DNA of 64,000 nucleotides from the human T2T-CHM13v2.0 reference genome, Homo sapiens: the NCBI RefSeq assembly GCF_009914755.1, contig NC_060925.1; one strand, given 5' to 3'. This document shows positions 37,568 through 50,200 of the stretch, one piece after another; position 1 is the first letter of the stretch, and every line of letters begins with the position of its first letter. The translations under genes were made by a program, and so were the position numbers. A model generated the notes under the pieces. The model made no database searches and was not told the DNA's origin. It saw only the letters and a program-made list of their open reading frames with translations.

Positions 37568-39479
37568 ATTTATTCCAAACTCAAACAGCAATTCAAGATG
37601 AAGAAACAGAGGACCAGTTAAATAAAGAATGTGAAGCAGAAGGCAGGAAAGAACATAAGAAAAACATACATTTCATTAAAATGTGTCCTCTGTCTTGACA
37701 TGGGTATCACAGGGAGTTGAACTAACTGGTTCTTATTTACAAGGCCCCAACTGTTCTTAAGAAAAATGTTAGGGTTCCCAGAAACATGAGGGCTTTGACC
37801 ATATCATTTCCAGGACAAGATCACAGACATAATCAGTGCCGTCTGTTTAAAGGCTTTAAGAGCCAGCTGAGCCAATTTAGCATCAATTTAGTACAATCAG
37901 CAACTAATGAAAGAGAAGTCAGGGTGGCCATAAAATGATCAGGATTGCTCATGTTGGTGTAAGGGATCATTCAGTTGTATTCTGCAGGAACAACCCGTCA
38001 TCTTGAATATCAGCAAAAAGCTCTATTTAGAGACAATTACAGTAATAATATCAGGTTATAATACCATGTTCACAGGGAAAAAATACATACAGAACGTGTT
38101 CAGAATGTAGGTTTTTACCATTGCCTTTTAATATCAGAGACAATTCTTCTGAACACAGTCCATGACAGTGCTGTGAATGTGAACCCCTGCATTTCTGCCC
38201 AGCTCTCTTTTCAGTGTGATTGAGCCCACTGAACCCAAGAGATTCTGGATTACCCACAGGAATAATGTTATAACCCATCACTGTTAAAATGCATATATGT
38301 TTTTCATCCCATCTTTACAAAGTTTTCTGTTTACAGCCTTCAGTTATCCATTGCTACAAGGAGGGGAGAAAAGGCCTTCATAAATACCATAAATACAGAG
38401 TGATTGATTGTCTTGATGTAAATTCCAATATAGGCACATACTGTATGCTCATGGAAATTTAGACTTACGCACAGTTCATCTGCTCTGCCTCCGCCTTAAT
38501 CTTTGACTGGTTAGCAGTCAAGATCATCCAGACACTGCTGGATGCTCATTTTTAAACAGAAACAATTGCTAAGATATATTTTTAACAATATTCTTTCCCT
38601 TATTCTGCAAAAGCATAGGATTAACATTACATATTACAGATATTTTTTTCTAAACTACAACTCTTTTGGGGAAATGGGCATATGTCTCAGAGATAAAACA
38701 CTATAAAAATGATGAAATATTGATTTTATTTTTAAGACATACATTTAGGCCTCTTTTTAATTAGTATTGTTGACCCAATGGACTTAGCCTATGTGTTAAC
38801 CCATATTCTTTATCATGAAAATCAATAATATGGACAACTACTATGTTCCCACAGATGTTGAATGCAAAAAGACAAAGTTAGGGAGTTTACAGAAGAGCTT
38901 GTTATCAGGATAACTTGACAATTTATTAGTGATGCAATGTCAGAGGCCACCATCACTGCATTCTCTATGGTGTTGCTGGTTCACCAGATGGAAGTTATTT
39001 GGGCATACTAGTAAGTCTTTCCTGAAATATTACACCCTTGTTCTTTCTAATTAAATGAAAAATTAAAGTTGCTGATTTTGCAACAAGGATGCTAAACTAC
39101 ATACAGACATGATGTATGAATTCCATATAGTTAAATCAGGCCTCGAAATTTCTGAAGTAACAATTTTAATAAAGACTGTCCAGGGTCTAGGCATGGAGGA
39201 GTTTGTGCTTCACTTGATAGAAACATCTAATAAAACATGGTTCAATCAACTATGTTCAATACGTCCTTTCAAATACAGCAAATGAGATGAGATCATACTC
39301 TACTCTACAGAAAACTATGCCTTCGTTTCATCTTTGGTTACTGAATTTAATTTAGCCAAGGTGACAGAAGGAGCTTCTTAACAGAGCCTTGCTAAACCTT
39401 TTAAATTATCCTTCCTAGCAAACTGGCCTGGCTATCACATTGCCCAAAGCATTCACCTTTTATTCAATCACACATTCAC

Positions 39480-39610
39480 TTATATTTTCATTCATTAATT
39501 CACAAATCATTTATTTAACAAATATTGAAGTCCCAGTATGTGCCAGACATTGTGCTAAGTTTTGGCACTAGAAGATAAATGGGATTCCTGCCATCCAAGG
39601 GCCACGGTTC
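39480..39610 (-). mobile_element. L2 3' end
   Basis: ttcattcatt...atttaacaaatattgaa...tatgtgccagacattgtgctaag. Confidence 0.75.
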
Positions 39611-39829
39611 AAGAGGGGTCTCCAGTCTAACAGTACCTTCCTCTTGTCAAAATCTGAGACGATTGACTTCCAGTACCACTTTTCTAGCTTGCTTTTCTGA
39701 TCATAGTTATCTCTGACTTATAACCATAGAATTTGATATCTGAGCAGGAACCTTAACAATGTTCTGGTTTAGCCACTCATTTAAGTCATAAATCAGCTCT
39801 CCTTATTAATATGTAGTAGTAATGACAAT

Positions 39830-40200
39830 GGACACTATTAATTATATGCTTGTCATGTACCAGGCACTATGCCAAGCCATTTATAGTCTTGCCAATTATA
39901 AACCCCATTGGCAGTTATCCCCATTTAACAGATGATGAATGGACTGAGGCCCAGAGAGGCTTAAGTAATCTGCACAAAGTTGTATAGATCCTTGCAACTT
40001 AAAAGTGTGATCCCTCAATGGGTATGATCAGCATCACTTGGGAATTTGTTGGAAATGCAGAATCATAGACCCACCTGCAGACTTACTGATCTGCATTTTA
40101 ATAAGATCTCCAGGTGATTCATATGCACAGTGAAGTTTGAGAAGCAGAGGACTGGATAACAAATGAAGGTTTTAACTAGGATAAACTGACTCAAGCCCAA
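39830..40200 (-). mobile_element. MIR interrupted by MER5A1
   Basis: ccatttaacagatga...actgaggcccagagaggcttaagtaa before, and ctgactcaagccc after, the MITE. Confidence 0.65.
39991..40149 (+). mobile_element. MER5A1 hAT-Charlie MITE
   Basis: atcagcatcacttgggaatttgttggaaatgcagaatc...ctgcattttaataagatctccaggtgattcatatgcac...agtttgagaagca. Confidence 0.88.
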
Positions 40201-40889
40201 GAAGTTTTGTTGTTGCTTTTTATCACTTTGTGTTTATAAAATAATGGTGGCTGGGAAGTCAAGGGCATACATACACCTTGGAACATTTTATATAAGGGGC
40301 AGGAACTCATATAGTATCTCACGCCATCAATTTTTATGTATTCTACGAATCCAAATCATATTAAAATAAGAAAAACCATGAAAACTTAAACAAGTAGCCT
40401 ATTTGTTTTCTTTCATCCCTACAATTTAAAAGTGGTTAATATTTGATAGGTTAATAATAAATATTTTAATATAGTATATTGCATTTGGTTATGAATATAT
40501 CAAAAGGAAATACAAAGTGAGCTCCAAAAGATAAACTTCTATTGGGCACATGAAAGAGAACATAAAATTTGATGGCAATTACCATTTAATCTATTCATGT
40601 TTGGAAACGTATTGAAAGAGAAACTCATAACTCAGTTAATTGTTATGGATTATTAATTGCTTATTTGAAAAGAGATGAGCAGAACTGTACTTGTTGAAAA
40701 ACTTTCTTTCTCAGTGGCTAACCTTTGTGTCATTGGTTTTATGAGAACAAAACGGAAAGAATGACAGCAAGATCCTAATCATCCAAAACTAGAAAGTGAC
40801 AAGACAGGGGACATCTCGGTGACTATATAAAGGTTAATTGAGATTGAAATGAAATAGTAATCGCTGGCCCCACTCCAACCTTCTTAAGT

Positions 40890-40976
40890 GTGATTCTCTG
40901 GGGGTGGGCTCCAGGCATCTGTATTTTACAAAACTCCCTAGGTGAGGATAACATGCAGCCAGGATTGAGGACTACA
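40890..40976 (+). mobile_element. MER5-family fragment
   Basis: tctctgggggtgggctccaggcatctgtattttacaaaactccctaggtga. Confidence 0.7.
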
Positions 40977-41869
40977 TATTTAGCAATTATACATTTTCGG
41001 AGAGATTTAATCCAGCCGTGAATTGACTCAGGATATTCAGAACCCCAAGTGAGATGCAAGCTGGCCTCCAGTTTGCCACTCCTAGTTAGACTTCAAGGTA
41101 ACTAATGCCAAGAGCACTGCGGACTGTGGGAAGCTTTATAAAGACATGTTCCCTAGATGGTCAGTGATTTCTGATCCCAACAGGCTAAGACCAAGAATAT
41201 GTCTGGATTTAAAAATACCTGACTTAAAGAGTCCTTTCTTTTTTCCTCAAAAATCAATGTTATGAGCTTCTTCTGCTGGATTAAAAAAAAAAAAACCTTC
41301 AAAAAGTGGAAGCTTTTTCTATTAACTAAATCCAGGGATTTATTGTTTAGTGTCAGCAGCGTAACTGCTTTATAATTGATTTTTCTGAAAAGAACTGAAA
41401 ACTTAAGCTACCTTAATTTCCTTTATCTTGACACACATGATTAGCATTGCACTGAAATATATTTTACCAGGTTCCCAATTACCATTTTTTAAAACCAACT
41501 TCCTCATTGCATACTTGTCTTGATAAAATATTTCTAGACAGGTAGAAAGCAAGTAGGTATAAAGAAAAATGTATGACTGCTTTATTCCTACTGATAGGTT
41601 TATCCTGTTTCTTCAAGAATTCCTGTTTATGTTCAGTTATGTTTTTAAAAGTGAATAGAACTAGAAAAATATATTAACACCTGTTAATTTTTAAAGTCTT
41701 GGGATAAAGAAGCAAGAACATTTTGGACAACGACAGAATTTTAAAGATAATGAAACCAAATGTAATATTTGCAACCTAAGCTAATGTGCCTAAATTCTTA
41801 TAGAATTAGAAACAGCTAGCAGTATATGTCTGTTATTGTTGCACAGACAAATATTTAGTGTTGAAAAAT

Positions 41870-42010
41870 GCAGCCTCAGCCTCAGTTTGTGCATGTAAAA
41901 TGAAGATAAGAATTGGACCCACATCACTATCCGTGAGAATTAAATAACACAATGAATTAAAATGTTTAACCCAGTTTCTGTCAGAGTATGGGCACGCAGT
42001 AAGATAATAA
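41870..42010 (+). mobile_element. MIR fragment
   Basis: gcctcagtttgtgcatgtaaaatgaagataa...gtgagaattaaataa. Confidence 0.7.
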
Positions 42011-43544
42011 AACTATAAATGATGGTACCCATCCTCAGAGTTTCATTGAAAATGGTGAGGAATGGATTAACAAATTTAAGAAATCAATTTACAAACAAAT
42101 GACATAATAAAACGAAAGCTATGATAATCATGGCTCCTTCCCGGAAAAAAAAAGAAGGCTACAAAATTATGGGATTTAATACCTATTATGTCTTTTTCTG
42201 TGGTCGTTTCAAATACTAATTACCATCTGTAAACGTGAATTTTAAGTTAAGATTTTGTCCAAAATCAATGCCATTTAGTCTTACAGGTTCCAAATAGCAA
42301 AATAAAGCAACCTCTGATAAGTTGTATTCATTAAATTCATCCCAACCTTAGCAGCAATTCTTCATCAATTTTAGGATCATCCTAAATCCTGGAAATTACC
42401 CTGTAATGCTAAAATACCTGCCTACTGGAAGGGTCTTGAATTATGGTGACCTCTAAACAGACCAAAAACTAAGTGGGGTTCTCTACCTGGGCAGAAACCA
42501 GTTATCCAGGAGTGATTACTGGGCAGTCACAATTCATAGAGTCACCATCAGACCTACTGGATACTTAACTATTATCAGCTTGGTGACTGTTAATACCCTT
42601 AGGGGTTTGTATGTCTGAAACAAGCATTCAGTTCCTCAATTCTCAATTCCCTTTTTTCTTTCTTTCTTTCTTTTTTTTTTTTTTTAGAACTCCTCAGGGG
42701 ACTTTCCACGGGGTTATTTGGCTATTCTTAGCAAGTTCATGCTATGTGCTATTTTTCAGCAAAGTTAAGGTTTCTCTTTTTATGCTAGAAAGACTAACAT
42801 TGAGACTCTAACTTTGAAGAGAATAAGGTTGTTTATTCCTGTAAAAAGATTTTTTAAAAATAGTATGATTAACAATTTCACCACATGTCACACTGCCCTT
42901 GAAAAAGTAAGGCTGAATTTTCCTAGTAAACTAAAAGGCGCTGAGGAACAGAGGATGAGTTAATACTTCTGCAGCCCTAACACGGTTAACCAAAAATGTA
43001 AAAATGAGAAGGAAACATAACCTCCACAGAGTAAAGAGACTGTAAGTGTGACTGTCATCGGCAGCACACTGCATGGACTCATTGTCAGGGGTCAGCCATC
43101 TTGGTTTCGTCTGCATTTGTAAAGTGCTGTCCTCCTACACACTATATCAGTGTATTATTTTATGTTTTGACATGAATGTATTAGTCGTTGCAGCTAGATG
43201 TTGAGTGAAGAACCCCCAGGAGAGAGAGAAACAGTGTAAGAATACCACTCTGAAGGAGTATGGTAGGAAGAGAGACCTTGGTTTGAGAGGTTCATTAATC
43301 AGCAACCAAACATTTATTGACTGTTTGAATCCTGCAACATCATAGGTACCATATAAGATAGAAAACAAGTTTAACACAGCCCATGCCTTAAGGATGTTGC
43401 TAAACTTGAGATTGTAGTAAAACGTGAAATCGTAGAGTGAAACCAAAGTTTCCTGTCCAGAGTACTTAGAGAACTCCTAATGGCTCTGGTTGTGAAAGGA
43501 AACTGAAAACTCTAAGGTCTATTCCAGCTCAGTAGCTGTCTCTT

Positions 43545-43750
43545 ATGTAGTGGTTTGAATCCTGGCTCTGCCACTTACTAAGTGTGTCTTGTTGAAAAAA
43601 TTATATAACTTCTCTGACCTAAGATTTCACTTCTCTAAAAAAATATTATTACACCTCATTGGGGTTGTTATGGAATTAAATGAAATGCTTGTAAACTACT
43701 AAGCACAACATCTGCAGTAAAATAACCTCCATAAATTACAGCTATTATTG
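43545..43750 (+). mobile_element. MIR SINE
   Basis: ggtttgaatcctggctctgccacttacta...cctcattggggttgtt. Confidence 0.8.
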
Positions 43751-43986
43751 GTATTACTGTACTATAATCAAGTGGTGGTAGATAACCTTGATGAAGTGCT
43801 GGGAAGGATTTTCATCTGTCAATGAGCCACTAAACCTGTAAATGGAAATTCTGATCATAAATTTGGGTTTTTACAGAGTATTTGACAAAGCAGTAAATTA
43901 TGTGTGTCTATCAAGGAAACATGGGAAGTCTTGGATGGTGGACAGTACACTTACTATGGATTCCTTAAAACTCTGAAATTCAGTGG

Positions 43987-44442
43987 CACTATGGTATAAA
44001 TAGAGCTTGAGTTTGTCCCCACAGAAACTTGTATTGAAATTTGATCCCCACTGTGGTAGTATTGGGAAGTGGGGCCTACAGGGAGGTGTTTGGGTCATGG
44101 GGGTAGATCCCTCATGAATGGCTACTAGTGCATTCTAGTGGTAGTGAGTGAGTCCTCCTTCTGGTGAGACTGGATTAATTCTCATGGGAATGGATTAGTT
44201 CCCTTGATAATGGGTTGGTATAAAGGCAGGATGCCCCTTGGGTCTTCTTTCTTTCCAAGTGTCTGCTTCCCCTTTGACCTTCTCTGCCATGATACAATGA
44301 AGCAGGAATACCTTTTCCAGAAACCAGCATCATGCCCTTGAACTTCCCAGCCTGGAGAACCATAAGCTAAATAAAATTCTTTTCTTTATAAATCACCCAG
44401 TCTCAGGTATTCTGCTATAGCAACGCAAAATGGACTAAAACA
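43987..44442 (+). mobile_element. MST-family (MSTB/MSTC-like) ERVL-MaLR solo LTR
   Basis: tttgtccccac...gggaggtgtttgggtcatgggg...atagcaacgcaaaatggactaaaaca; 5-bp TSD agtgg / aatgg; TATAAA 44219, AATAAA 44370. Confidence 0.92.
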
Positions 44443-45329
44443 AATGGGGAGTAGAAGTATAAAGAATTGAAAGTCCATCCTTTACTGAGGAGGTACGTGA
44501 CAATCCCTGGTCTCATTCCTTGGCCCTAAGGAGGTAACTAACTTCTAGAGAGTGCCTGAGGCCCCCAGCATTGCTCAGGATTCCCTCTGAGTATGCTGAG
44601 GCAGAGTATGGATCTTCCATTCACTGTGGCTTACTTTCCTGAATGTTCAGTGACACTGAGACTGTTCGGTGTCTCAACAGTGGTCAGCATTAATCCTTTG
44701 TTTTAGTGAAAGAAAGAATTTTCTCTTGTGTCTGACTTCAAATTAGAATTTTATTTTTTTTGTAAAGCAGCACAGTAAACCTCAAGTTTGTTAATAAATG
44801 TGGAGGCAAAGGAAGTCTTATACTTCTTTTTCATCAAGAAGGCAAAGCACCACCTATTCCTAGCTCCAACTTTAACACTAGTACAGAAAATAATGTTCCT
44901 CTAGGATATGGATTTTCATCTAAAACTTCATCCAGAAACTGACAGTCAAAAAGGACACTACAAACGCATTTCATTTTAAGAGAAGACAGTAGTTCACTGG
45001 GGATCTTTTCTTTCCCTCAGCAGGTATCTAGTTTCCAGCTACAAGAGTGTGCATTACTTACTGAAGAGTGTGTTTGAAAATATGAATAGAGATCATGACC
45101 AAAGCCTCCCAGGGGGTTTCTTCGGTCCAGCATAAGCCTGGATTTCTTCTACAATGTACTTAAGATTTTCCTGCTGACTACGTCTTTCTTTTCAAACTGC
45201 CATGACTTTAATAAAGAGGAAAGTGGATGCCATGTAGGGAAGTGGGCTAGACTCTTACACATAAAAACTCTCATGTTGTAACCACTTTATAAATTAAACT
45301 AAATTTAAAATTATTTCAGTAATAAACAC

Positions 45330-45530
45330 ACTTTGTGCCATCAGTATGCTTGGACATTTCACACATGTTACTTTATTTATTCTTCCAATAACCCTGCAAA
45401 GGAGTGCTAATATACTCATTTTAGAGATGAGGAAACTGAGTCTCAGAGAACTTAATATGCTCAAAGCAAACAACTAGTAGCTGATAGAGCTATTATAAAA
45501 TCAAAATACAGATTTGACTCCTTGCCCCAC
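45330..45530 (-). mobile_element. MIR SINE
   Basis: ctcattttagagatgaggaaactgagtctcagaga. Confidence 0.8.
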
Positions 45531-46299
45531 ATGCCACACCAACTCACTGTGATAGGTCCAAAATAAACCCACCTCAAGCCCAACCCTCCTTTAGAACCAG
45601 GAGGGTAATAGGAACTTGCAGTGTTCTAATATTGGACCACAGCCCAGCTACAGGATCAGTTTGCTTTCAGTGAAATGAAAACAGCCCTCAGTACTCATTA
45701 ATGGGAGTGTTGGTAAACACAAACAATACCACACAACAGAGAAAGAGACTTTAGGATAAAAGCAAGCAGTGACTGACAAGGCTTACCAATTCTCTCTCAC
45801 TATCTGTTTATCATTTATCAGGAACAAATGTTTGTTCACTGCCCTCTGTGTGCAGTGAATTTATTTCTCAGAATCAACAACTATTGCACCCATGCATACT
45901 TTGCACAAGCAAGTTATACTCAGATTACCAGCTCACAAGGACAGTGTTTACTTGCATGCAGAGGAGAGACCCTGCCGTAAAGTAGACACTGCTGAGACAT
46001 AGTCCCTACCCATTCTCATAGGCCTAAGATGTTAACGGAAACAATGGGCTTTCATTCCAAGGATGCAAATGATGCAATTCAAGCCAAATATCCTGTGTCT
46101 TTTTACCAAAAAAAAAAAATCACTCTGACCAATTCCTCAAACCTGTCAAAAATTTAGATAAATAAACATCAAACTGTGGCCCAATAAGCAGACCCCATGT
46201 CACTTCACTAATTAATACCCAAAGGAGGAAATAGCATGCATAAATAGCTATCATCTATTTAGTCACTGGATCATATATGAAAAAGAGGTAACCTTATTC

Positions 46300-46480
46300 C
46301 AACATCATCATCATGGCAGGCTCTTCGCATCATTTTATCTGATCTTTGCAATATCCCTATAATAGAAGATACCATTTTTTGCTTCTTACAGATAAGGAAA
46401 CCAAGCTTACAGAGGTGAAGCACATTTGAGGTCAGGAATTTAGAAGAGAAATGAATGAGGCTCAAACCCAGCTCTCTTCC
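46300..46480 (-). mobile_element. MIR SINE
   Basis: ttacagataaggaaaccaagcttacagaggtgaag. Confidence 0.7.
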
Positions 46481-46623
46481 TCTCCACCCCACACCAACAT
46501 ACATTCATCGTTCAGGTGCTACATGTGAGCACAGTGCTGTGCCAACTCTGTGGTAAGCCTTGTAGCGAAGCAGAGGCAAGAATGAGGAAGACTCTTGAAC
46601 ATTAGTCACTCACATGGTGACTA

Positions 46624-47228
<605 letters not shown>

Positions 47229-50200
47229 TGAAATGAGGTGACAGCACTGGAGAGCATGACAAGAACAATACGCGGATGAGCCTTTTACTGTGGTAGCAAC
47301 TTTCATGCTGTCGTGTCAGTGCTACATGGTCAGGCTGCCTCTGTTGCCCCGGAGACAGGAATGGTAAGAATTCTCTTCATCATCAAATCATTAGCTGCCA
47401 GTAGCAGACACCCTGTCTCAGCTCCATGTCCTGTGCCTGTCATTCCTTCTAAAATGGTGTATGAGGAAAAGTAGAGATAGCTCAATATAGTGATTGCACA
47501 TCCTAAAAACAGGATCTTTGAAAACATGGAGAGGTGCCACGAAATAATCCCTGAAGAGGTTTGAAAGGATGCACCCATTTCGAGAAGGGATAGAACGATT
47601 CCCCAGGTCATAACACAGTGTCCTATGATGATGGGAGGCAGGTCATTTCATCTTAGAAACAGAAAACCATTATATGCCAAGAGGGATGAGCAATGAAAGA
47701 CAAAGGCCGTGAAGGAGCAGTGAAAAGCATCCTGGAATCACTTGGGGCTTTAAATTGCATGGATGGATCTTTTTAAAGTGAGTAGTAAGATAATAAAGTG
47801 ATGCATAGGAAGACTTGACACCCTTCAACCCTGGTCTGATAAGCCAAAGGCTCACTTGGCTGTGAGCTAGCTGGGTTTAACAAAATGAAGGCCCTTAGAT
47901 GCTAAGAAGATGTCTACATTCCTACTTTTAATCTTTTGAAGAGAGAGTGGGATTTGTACACAGCATGAGCAAGTTCTGTCTCATGCTATCTGATTTTGGA
48001 GTCTCTTGTAGGTCCATGCCTAATCCCAGAGACTGTAGTATTGGAGGATTACTCCCACTCAGATAAATCAGCCATGCCTCTCTCAGAGCTCCCACCAGAA
48101 TCAAGTAGAACCCTTGGTAGGCCTGCTCGCTTATCAATACTCCTAGCTGGATTTTAGAATAGCCTTTGATGTGGCTGCAGATACCACACTACATCTTATT
48201 TAATCCTTGACTCTGAAAGTAGGTTAAAGTATTGGGTAGCAAGTAGGGAAGTCAGAGCTAGTGTTTCCATTTGGTTTCATGTTTGTCCACAAAGACCTTT
48301 GTCTGGCTATGCAATGCAATATTGTTGCTTATGTAACGTGATGCAAGACCTCAATCCCCAAGTTGGATGACATTTGTGCTTAGAAGGACCATTATTACCA
48401 GATACTCTGTCATAAAATCTTTCTCCATAAGGCCATACTGGAATGCCAGGTCTTAGGTCCATGGAATTATATATTTGGAGTGTTGTGTCATATAAATCAA
48501 TATACTGATGAATTAATAATTCTTCTGCAGAAATGAAGCACAACACCATCCACACATGTAAGAAATGGCTTCCTTTTTATTCTATCATGATTATAACCAC
48601 TAGTACAACTAGGTTATATTATCTGAAGAAAATACAAATCTCAAACCTCAGGCTTGCCTGGCCAATGCAACCTTTTCTGTGCTGCATTAGGTGTAAAAAT
48701 ATACAATTGTCCCAGTCTGTTCTCCTTCATTAAGAAATCACTCTTGGAGAGAAATAAAAGCCAGTAGACATCATCCAAATACAAAGTAAACACCATACAC
48801 CTATCATTCAGCTTATTTTGTAGTATGAATTTCTGGCTCTTTTGGTACTAAATCCCCAATCCAATACTTCAGCTTAAAAGAGCAGTACATATTTGGAAAA
48901 GTCTAGAGGCAATGCATTAGAATTCCATTTGCACCTTTTACATTTACCCATGTGCATGGCACTGTGCTCAGTGCTATAGATATACAGATATGAGCATTCA
49001 TCCAACACAGTTATGTTGATTGTGTGATTATGCTCAATTAATATGGAACTTGGGAATATTGTCTCATATCATGCTAAATTAAAACATATATGTGTCTATC
49101 CAATATTCATGTAATGCTCTAAGACAAATAGATTTTTTGGGGGTGGGATTGTTTTCCTTTTATTAATGATCTAGAAAATCTTATGCATTTTTTAATAATA
49201 ATTTATTTTTTAAGTTTTTTATAACAAGAAAATTGCCACATTCTTTTATAAATATTACAGTTTGAATCATACATAAGCCACTGGAATAAATTATTTATGC
49301 CAGTAGACTTATGAGTTTGTAGTGTGGGGATGTGTTTGCCTCCTAATGTATTAGAAAATTATGAATCTAATACTTTGCCGTAACATCTAAGAAAAAGCAC
49401 ATAAATTTTGGGGGGCTTTTTGTGTTATGAGTACTGTAAGGAAATTTTTCTGAAGACATTTTTAATTTGTATATCCCAGCTTCCTTAGTTAGAGATATTA
49501 GAGAATGAGCCCGTCCTCAGCATGGTGTGTTTTTAGCCATCATGTTAGAGAAAAAGGCTGTTTCCCATTAAAAGTTGCTCTCATTTGCTCTAATAGCCCA
49601 AGTGCAGATATATTCAATTCCAACATGTTCGCATCTAAAAGTTTGGAAGTGTAATTCACCATATGCCTAATGTCAAATATTAAAACACACAGAACAATAA
49701 AAAGCTGATCCAAAATCCCCTTACTTTAAATCTATTAGTCAGATTAATGGGGATGACACATGAGTTCCACTGTTATACTACTCCAGTGGCAATCTTCTAA
49801 AATTAGGAACTGCCAATCCGGGGGAAGCAAAAGAACTCTATATCATTTTAAATTTAACTCCAGCCTACTCTGAAGCCATTAGAGGCGATTAAAGGAGATC
49901 TCTAGCCATTAAATTTAGCCCAGTAATCTTAAAGTTCAAAAGGTAAAAAGCACTTTTCACCATAAATAAACTGAGAGGCAAAATTATTTTCAATGAAGTT
50001 TCAATTTCAGTGAAAATAAAGTAGGTAATTACATTGGCTATTACTAAGGTCACTGCCTTCATTGACCATCTGGCTTAAAATTAAAAAATAGGTATCATTT
50101 GAGACATGGACAGAAATGAGCAAAGTGTGCACTGCTTCCTTTTTAAAGTCCTGCAAATTCAGTTAATTCACAGATTAACAATATTCATGAAACAATTATT

